DNA of 64,000 bases, taken from contig PRDH01000019.1 of the NCBI GenBank assembly GCA_003345545.1, positions 1 to 64,000 on the forward strand, in the 5' to 3' direction. Origin of the DNA: Candidatus Thorarchaeota archaeon. GTDB taxonomy: Archaea > Asgardarchaeota > Thorarchaeia > Thorarchaeales > Thorarchaeaceae. Below, piece after piece: positions 57,903-64,000 of this stretch; position 1 is the first letter of the stretch; each line of letters opens with the position of its first letter. Under the pieces are notes generated by a model, which saw only the letters and a list, made by a program, of their open reading frames with translations, had not been told where the DNA came from and did no database searches. The translations under genes were made by a program, and so were the position numbers.

Positions 57903-59198
57903 ATGAAGGCGCTCGTGCTTACTGCCGGAGAAGGACAACGGTTGAGACCCCTAACATCCAACCGTTCAAAATCAATGTTGATGATCGCAGGAAGACCGGT
58001 CCTGCAATACATCATTGACAGTCTTGTCGCAAATGACATCCATGATATTGTCATGGTTGTTGGACACGGACGTGAGGAATTAATCGACCATTTCCAAATG
58101 GGTGACGGTGAAGATATCAGGATTTCATATGTCATTCAGCATAAACAGGAAGGCGCTGAGAACGCCATTCTGACTGCAAAGGAAGAACTCAAGTCCGAAG
58201 AGGAATTCTTGCTGATAAATGGTGATGTTCTCGTTGAGCCCGAAATGGTAACTAGAACTCTCTCCAATCACGAAACGACAGGCTCGAATGTGACAATGTT
58301 GGTCACACTAGTATCTAATCCTGAGCAATTCGGGACAGTCAAGATAGGCTCCGATGGTATTGTTCAGAAATTGGTTGAGAAGGGCGGTCCAGATCGCTAC
58401 CTCAGTAATTACGCAGTAGCAGGAGTATCTGTCTTCAGCAAGGAGATCCTCGGGCTTCTAGAGAAACATGGCAAGATGGAAACGGCCTTTGAAGAGCTGA
58501 TTGGCAAGGGGGAGAAGGTCTCTGCTGCGGTGTGGGAAAAGGAATGGGCTGAATTCACGTGGCCTTGGGACATACTGAATGCAAACAGAGTCGTAATGGA
58601 CCGCCAACTTCGAGGGAAGGGGAGCTTCATCGCAGAGTCAGCAGAGATTCATCCGAGTGTTGTGATTGAAGGCTCGGTCTTTATTGATGAGGGTGTAATC
58701 GTCAGGCCTAACACAACTCTGGTTGGTCCCATTTATTTGGGGAAGAGAGTCTATATTGGAAACAACTCATTGATTCGTGACTATTGTAGCCTCTGTGATG
58801 GCGTACGAATCGGCTATGCTGTCGAGGTGCGAAATAGCATGGTCTTTGAGCGCGTCAATGTTGGCCGGATGACCTATCTTGCAGATTCAATAGTCGGTGC
58901 TGACACCTGCATCGAGGCTGGAGCGCAACTCTGGAATTGGAGACCCGGAGGCGAACCGCTCTTCCTAGAGAGCGGAGACGAGCGCGTTCAAGTGCCTTCA
59001 AGGAAGTTCGGAGCGATTATTGGCGACAATGTTGTCATCGGAGTAAATGCATCTATATATCCTGCCACTCGAATTGGTGAGAATAGCATTATCTCTGCTG
59101 GATGTGTAATCGAAGATGATATTCCCCCCAACAGCGAAGTCACGATGCAACAGAAGTTGAAAATCTCAGGCCGTAAGAATGTCAAAGGTTGCGATTAG
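57903..59198 (+). CDS. Sugar-phosphate nucleotidyltransferase with left-handed beta-helix (archaeal GlmU-like)
   Basis: MKALVLTAGEGQRLRPLT, INGD, PWDIL, hexapeptide repeats, KFGAIIGD. Confidence 0.92.
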   Translation: MKALVLTAGEGQRLRPLTSNRSKSMLMIAGRPVLQYIIDSLVANDIHDIVMVVGHGREELIDHFQMGDGEDIRISYVIQHKQEGAENAILTAKEELKSEEEFLLINGDVLVEPEMVTRTLSNHETTGSNVTMLVTLVSNPEQFGTVKIGSDGIVQKLVEKGGPDRYLSNYAVAGVSVFSKEILGLLEKHGKMETAFEELIGKGEKVSAAVWEKEWAEFTWPWDILNANRVVMDRQLRGKGSFIAESAEIHPSVVIEGSVFIDEGVIVRPNTTLVGPIYLGKRVYIGNNSLIRDYCSLCDGVRIGYAVEVRNSMVFERVNVGRMTYLADSIVGADTCIEAGAQLWNWRPGGEPLFLESGDERVQVPSRKFGAIIGDNVVIGVNASIYPATRIGENSIISAGCVIEDDIPPNSEVTMQQKLKISGRKNVKGCD

Positions 59199-59860
59199 AT
59201 CTTCGAGTTGCTGTAGCTTCCGATTTCCTGACCATCTGCGTAAACACGGGTGATTCCTTCTCGAGCAATCAGCTCTATCTTGGAATCTTTGGTATCACCA
59301 GTCACAGTGAAGACGTTTCCATCGACAGCTATGTCGATTTGCTTGTTTGAATGGCGAATGCTTACCTCATGACTCAGCAGTTCACGCCCTCCCTTCTTGC
59401 TAGGGACAAGTTGCATCTCACGTAGGAGTGCATCCAACTGGGTCAATTCAAGTCCAAGGAGATGCCCCCGAATCGTCCTATAGCCTAGATACCTATCCCT
59501 TCCGCGACTGATGATGTAGTCCTCATATTTCCCAGTAGTCGCGCGTTCAGCAGCAAGGTAAGGTCCTAGACCTCGTTCAATGACATCGATATCCGTGCTT
59601 CTCTCTGTCGTGGAATGATTATCTTGCGCTGGATGGCTAAGTTCATGAGAAAGCAATCCTAGAAGAGCTGCTTCATGCCACTTCTTGGTCTGAGTATTGC
59701 ATGTGATTCTAATACTCCCCGGAAGTGAAGTCCAGCTCACTGTGCCGAAGAATGATGTTCTCTTCCATCCGACATCAATATCACTAGGTCTTAGTTCTGG
59801 GTACGCTTCTTCTACAAGCAGGCGGATTAGCTCCTGCAAATCTCGATGTCTGTCCACCAT
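59195..59860 (-). CDS. Zincin-like (HExxH) hypothetical protein
   Basis: GLLSHELSH..TERSTD..VIERGLG. Confidence 0.65.
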   Translation of the reverse strand: MVDRHRDLQELIRLLVEEAYPELRPSDIDVGWKRTSFFGTVSWTSLPGSIRITCNTQTKKWHEAALLGLLSHELSHPAQDNHSTTERSTDIDVIERGLGPYLAAERATTGKYEDYIISRGRDRYLGYRTIRGHLLGLELTQLDALLREMQLVPSKKGGRELLSHEVSIRHSNKQIDIAVDGNVFTVTGDTKDSKIELIAREGITRVYADGQEIGSYSNSKI

Positions 59861-59966
59861 ATCTTCGTCATTCTGATGCTGAAAGACTGACTAATGAGCA
59901 TATTTAAAAGTCAGACTCCGGTTTTTCGCGCCGACCTAGTCAGCGTTATCTAGGAGAGTAATCATC

Positions 59967-60800
59967 ATTAGCAGAAAGAAGTGGGGCAAATCAACCGTCA
60001 AGACTGAGAAGACAATACGTGATGCAATTCCTAGGCCCGAGGCTCTAACTGGAATCAACGAGTACTTGGCCAAGGCTAGGTCTGTCACCCCCTACGATCT
60101 TGCCAATCGTTTCAACATCAGGATGAGTGTCGCTCGGCGAATCCTCAGAGAGAAGGAGGCTAAGGGCGATGTCATTCCTTATGTGCGGGAGAGCGGTTTT
60201 GTTGTTTACACGACGCCGGCGGAAATCCAGAAGAGAGAGGGCGGCGTCCCGATCATGATTTCTGATGCACTCGCAGAAGTTGCATCTTCAGTGAGTGCAG
60301 AACCAGTGATTACTGAGGAAATGGAACTGGCTCTCTTGGCTGCAGGTACTCCTGGAGCTGTCAAACCTAGTATGCTAGCCAGAAAAAGAAGAGAGGCTGG
60401 CGAGAAGAAAGCTCGCAAAGACACCAGACCTGAAGTGATTGTAGAACCTCTCGATATTGCTCTTGTGCGCGGCCCTGAACATGCATTCGAGGCCACCAAG
60501 AGTACTGCGGCAGGCGAAGCGGCTCCTGTAGAGGAAGTTCCAAAGAAGGCTGCTGAGAAGAAGGAAGAGAGGCCCAAGAAGGAAGTTCCGAAGAAGGCAG
60601 TTGCAAAGAAGGAAGAGAGGCCCAAGAAGGAAGTTCCAAAGAAGGCAGCTGCAAAGAAGGAAGAGAGGCCCAAGAAGGAAGTTCCAAAGAAGGCAGCTGC
60701 AAAGAAGGAAGAGAAGCCCAAGAAGGAAGTTCCAAAGAAGGCAGCTGCAAAGAAGGAAGAGAAGCCCAAGAAGGCTACATCAAAGAAGAAGTCTGAGTAA
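59967..60800 (+). CDS. rps25e: 30S ribosomal protein eS25 with long Lys/Glu/Ala/Pro-rich repeat tail; probable ATT start
   Basis: In-frame extension upstream of the track start gives SRKKWGK (eS25 KKW motif), followed by the wHTH core VTPYDLANRFNIRMSVARRILRE..G..VVYT. AGGAGAG RBS at 59952-58; in-frame TAG at 59937. Confidence 0.85.
   Translation: MSRKKWGKSTVKTEKTIRDAIPRPEALTGINEYLAKARSVTPYDLANRFNIRMSVARRILREKEAKGDVIPYVRESGFVVYTTPAEIQKREGGVPIMISDALAEVASSVSAEPVITEEMELALLAAGTPGAVKPSMLARKRREAGEKKARKDTRPEVIVEPLDIALVRGPEHAFEATKSTAAGEAAPVEEVPKKAAEKKEERPKKEVPKKAVAKKEERPKKEVPKKAAAKKEERPKKEVPKKAAAKKEEKPKKEVPKKAAAKKEEKPKKATSKKKSE
60534..60773 (+). repeat. Coding tandem repeat, 5 x 48 nt (EVPKKAAAKKEE[R/K]PKK)
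   Basis: Near-identical units start at 60534, 60582, 60630, 60678 and 60726. Confidence 0.95.
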
Positions 60801-60960
60801 TCACAGTGCACTAGTGCACTCATAGTGACACTGGATGCTCATCTATCTACATGGCGCTGCAAAAGATAGTCTGTGGCTCATGCCTTAATTTCTGGATATG
60901 ACCAGGAATGTGCCAAGTATGAGCCGTTACTTCGGTCTTTGCCTAACACAACAGCTTCAA

Positions 60961-61551
60961 CTACTTGAGCGCAGTGATTTGCTTATCCAGGCCTTCGAGT
61001 TGAGCATCAAGATCTGCTTCTTTTGACTTGTACTCGTCCTCTGGAATGTACCCACGCATGTAGTCGAATCGAAGGTCCGTCAATTGAGCCTTAAGGCGGT
61101 CCTTCTGTTGGAGGAGAAAATCAAGTTGGTCGCTGCCTTCTGCGGCTGGAGCTAATTCCACTTCTGGTTCGTAGGCTGGCTCGGGTTTTGGAGCCGCTTT
61201 TGGTGTTGGTTTCTGAACAGCTTGAGGCGCTGGTTGAGGCTTAGGAGCTGGAGTTGGCTTAACCTCCGGCGCAGGTTCCGGTCTGGATCTAGGTGCCGGA
61301 GTTTCAAGTTTTGGGGCTTCTGTCTTGACACTCTCCATCTTTTCCATATTCTGCCTCAGAGCTTCAATCTGATCGGCTATCTCTGCGAAGCTATCATTAA
61401 TCGTCTGATTAATGTTCATCTTCATCCTTGCGAAGTTCTCAGCCAACGTATCCGCGAGCTTCTTTGTTTCAGCCACGTTCTCGGCAAAGTCTTCGATTTC
61501 CTTCAACTTCTCCATGATGGCGGATAAGTCAAATGACATTTTCTTGCTCAC
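60961..61551 (-). CDS. Coiled-coil / Pro-rich linker / C-terminal SHOCT-like hairpin protein
   Basis: N-terminal heptads, PAPEVKPTPAPKP linker, LRFDYMRGYIPEDEYKSKEADL. Confidence 0.72.
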   Translation of the reverse strand: MSKKMSFDLSAIMEKLKEIEDFAENVAETKKLADTLAENFARMKMNINQTINDSFAEIADQIEALRQNMEKMESVKTEAPKLETPAPRSRPEPAPEVKPTPAPKPQPAPQAVQKPTPKAAPKPEPAYEPEVELAPAAEGSDQLDFLLQQKDRLKAQLTDLRFDYMRGYIPEDEYKSKEADLDAQLEGLDKQITALK

Positions 61552-61639
61552 CTATGGTCGCCTGTTATCGATAATTCGTTTGTTTGATTCTTAACCTTTG
61601 CCTTGATGCATCTATACCGAAAAACGGGCAGTCTACCTG

Positions 61640-62389
61640 TCATTCATACCCCCATGTAGTAATTGTTTTTTCTACGGGAGTTTCTCTCCGTGAGATGAAG
61701 TACACAAAAACCACTACATACATCAGGATATGTACGAGACCAACAGCGGGCCAAATGTATACGGATGCCACAGTCACACCAGAGGCAATATAGAGTGCTC
61801 CTGCTGCAATAGCTCCATTCTCGATTCCTGTACGACCTATTTCAACAAGAATTGATAGGCCTGCAGCCAACATGAAAAGAGAATACACTAGATGTGTCGT
61901 CGAAAAGTAGTTCGTAAAGTCCTTGGGATAGAGAACTTCCTCAATCATTACGAATGGTCCATTTACAATGATGTCCATCACTGAGACGATCTGCAATAAA
62001 GCTGTTACAAGACCGACAACGGCCACCTCAATTCCGAGGTTCCTGTTGATTGGCCTGTTTATTGCATAGAATCCGAGCGATTGGAGAATCACTGCGATTG
62101 AAAGACCGGCAAAGTACATTGGCAATGGAGGAATGTACGAGGGCAGGAGTACCTGACGATGCATCAGGTCATAGAGCATATTGAACTCAACTGTCATCAG
62201 GCCAACAATGCACCCAATACTCGCCAGGAGAAAGAAAGGTCTTGCTGCTTGACTGGGAATCTGCCTTTGAGAACGGGCACACTCCCTGCATGATATTACC
62301 CCGCGATATCGAACAATTTCCTCTCTGCTCAACTTCCTATTACAGAAGACACACCTAATCTCACTTTTCTCTTCAGTATGTGTCGCCAA
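61640..62389 (-). CDS. Multi-TM membrane protein with N-terminal Zn finger
   Basis: CVFC..CREC followed by about 6 TMs. Confidence 0.7.
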   Translation of the reverse strand: MATHTEEKSEIRCVFCNRKLSREEIVRYRGVISCRECARSQRQIPSQAARPFFLLASIGCIVGLMTVEFNMLYDLMHRQVLLPSYIPPLPMYFAGLSIAVILQSLGFYAINRPINRNLGIEVAVVGLVTALLQIVSVMDIIVNGPFVMIEEVLYPKDFTNYFSTTHLVYSLFMLAAGLSILVEIGRTGIENGAIAAGALYIASGVTVASVYIWPAVGLVHILMYVVVFVYFISRRETPVEKTITTWGYE

Positions 62390-62500
62390 ACTTATCCCCC
62401 GATTTCACTACCTGCAGGGGCACTCTCTGAAGATTTACATGCCCTAGGGGCAGATAAAGATTGGCACCCAGATTGTATCAAACATCGAGTCGGGAATGCA

Positions 62501-63352
62501 CTATGCATTCTTGACCTCTGCTTTACCTTCGAGAATTGCCCTCCTGATAATCTGAATCAGGCGGTCTCTGTATGAGATATCGATGGCCACGAGTTCATAT
62601 GTTGCTACGCCAAGTATCTGTCCCACTCGTTCAGGGGTCAGAGCAGTTGGAAGGTCTTGCTTATTGGCTATGCCAATTACCTTGGCATCAGGAACCTCAT
62701 CTTTTACGAGAGACACGAGTTTCTTGCTTCTAAGCACATTTTCCAAGGTGCTATCTGTGACTATCACAACAACCTGTGCGTTCGCAATCATCTTTGCCCA
62801 TAGGATACTGAATCTTGACTGTCCTGCGAGATCCCAGAGTACGATGTTTGCATTGCTAATCTCTTCCGGCAGTTTCTTGATGCTAACACCAATAGTCGGA
62901 TCATGGACTAGGGGTAGTGTTTCACCTCTCAAGAGATGAAGTGTCGTGGTCTTTCCAACCCCTGCAAATCCCAAGATTGCGACCTTCACCATCGTGACAG
63001 CGATTTCATCAACTTTCTCATCGAATCCTGCTAATGACTGATTCGCTAGGGCCAGATTCGAATAGTCTCTCAGGAATGAATCGACAAGTTGCCCCATCTT
63101 TTCCTCTATCTGTGTAGCATCATCGGCCTTGTCAGCCACGAATATGAAGGTGAAGGGTTCTCTCTGGGAGTAGAAAATTCTTGAGCCTGCAACGTTCATG
63201 AATTCCGTCTTGCTCTCCAGTTCCATAGTCTTTAGAAAATGTGTTAGATTGACTAAGAACTCAACAAGATCCGCTCTTGTTTCGCTCTTTGTGTACTCCT
63301 TTGAGTAAATCATGTTCTCCTGTTCGCCAAGTACATAGACACCGCGGATCAT
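62501..63352 (-). CDS. Longin-domain-fused Arf-like small GTPase
   Basis: N-terminal longin-like ~120 aa (IRGVYVL..FIFVADK); G1 GFAGVGKT, G2 PTIG, G3 WDLAGQ, G4 ANKQD. Confidence 0.9.
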   Translation of the reverse strand: MIRGVYVLGEQENMIYSKEYTKSETRADLVEFLVNLTHFLKTMELESKTEFMNVAGSRIFYSQREPFTFIFVADKADDATQIEEKMGQLVDSFLRDYSNLALANQSLAGFDEKVDEIAVTMVKVAILGFAGVGKTTTLHLLRGETLPLVHDPTIGVSIKKLPEEISNANIVLWDLAGQSRFSILWAKMIANAQVVVIVTDSTLENVLRSKKLVSLVKDEVPDAKVIGIANKQDLPTALTPERVGQILGVATYELVAIDISYRDRLIQIIRRAILEGKAEVKNA

Positions 63353-64000
63353 TTCGCTTCACCCCAAGTCTTCATGAGGAGTTCGAGATGCCTGCGTGCG
63401 GCCTCGGGAGTTATCTCTTTCGTTGATAGCTTCTTATCGATGATGGGCAGCACATATTCCGGCATGAATGGTTGAATTTTGGGATTCGTCAATAATGCCC
63501 ACAAATCGTCTTGGTCAAAGTGCAGGGCAACTTTGTCTGTTTCTAAGGCCCGTAGAACCTTCGTCACGACAGATAGTGGAAGAGCAGTATTTCGGGCAAT
63601 ATCTGCAGGAGAGAGTACTTGGTTTCTCAGTGAGGCAAGTACTCTATACTGAAGCCTCTCTGACAGTATTTTGGAGATCTTCTCTCTGTCTTCAAGTATA
63701 GGTGAGTTAGGATCATCTTCAGGCAACGTTGGATTGTAGCCCTTGCTGGGTGGGGCTGGCGAAAAGAACTCTGATACATATTCCATGTATCTCTGTGCTA
63801 TCTGTGGCGTCGTTTCCTTCGCCTTCTTGATTGCATCCATTGGTGGCTCCCGATAACCAACGACGTCCTTCACAAGAAAGACAATTTCGGAAGTCTTGCC
63901 AAGAAGTTCCACTGTCACAACACCCGACTGGATGAGGGGTGCCATTGCCTCCCGCAAGTCTACTTCATCTTGAATCTCGTTCTTTAGCCAGAGCGACAGT
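63349..64000 (-). CDS. Partial protein with winged-helix domain, overlapping the GTPase start (runs off window end)
   Basis: Frame is open to the window edge (LSLWLKNEIQDEVDLRE...). YRVLASL..LSPADIARNTALPLSVVTKVLRALE is HTH-like. 4-bp ATGA overlap with the GTPase gene. Confidence 0.75.
   Translation of the reverse strand, partial: LSLWLKNEIQDEVDLREAMAPLIQSGVVTVELLGKTSEIVFLVKDVVGYREPPMDAIKKAKETTPQIAQRYMEYVSEFFSPAPPSKGYNPTLPEDDPNSPILEDREKISKILSERLQYRVLASLRNQVLSPADIARNTALPLSVVTKVLRALETDKVALHFDQDDLWALLTNPKIQPFMPEYVLPIIDKKLSTKEITPEAARRHLELLMKTWGEAK

Noticed and set aside
60534-60773. Regular 48-nt repeats as a CRISPR array
   Set aside because: Units are contiguous with no unique spacers, are a multiple of 3, and lie in frame within eS25; no cas genes are present.
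60206-60823. Antisense 205-aa Phe-rich ORF and other alternative-frame ORFs over the repeat
   Set aside because: These are shadows of the stop-poor Lys/Glu repeat on the opposite strand.

Overview
This is a gene-dense archaeal chromosomal window with no rRNA, tRNA, CRISPR array, integrase or transposase that I could recognise. Archaeal housekeeping genes (PGI/PMI, tungsten AOR, AlaX, eS25, a histone) occur alongside eukaryotic-signature proteins (an ESCRT-III/Snf7 protein, a longin-fused Arf-like GTPase). This points to an Asgard archaeon, most plausibly Thorarchaeia (inference). Most genes are metabolic or transport genes: an Opp/Dpp ABC system, thrC, gdhA, ilvE, udp, surE and Mrp. The strongest candidates for undescribed systems are three. 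(1) A tandem pair of DapA-family aldolase-Fae (formaldehyde-activating enzyme) fusions whose Fae halves appear complementarily degenerate, suggesting a heteromeric formaldehyde-channelling aldolase. (2) An 1,140-aa cytoplasmic GCS2/YbdK carboxylate-amine ligase fused to an array of Ig/arrestin-like domains and adjacent to a degenerate formylglutamate-amidohydrolase-like gene, a possible protein-tagging system. (3) A chlD-like AAA-VWA gene split by an A9 -1 frameshift site whose extended product gains a transmembrane hairpin. Also notable are an eS25 with an apparent ATT start and H1-like repeat tail, a circularly permuted OppA, two tandem putative small RNAs, a 22-bp exact intergenic repeat 35.6 kb apart, and a coupled pair of giant helical proteins, the first with a longin-like N-terminus. 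All family assignments come from reading motifs by eye; no searches were run.
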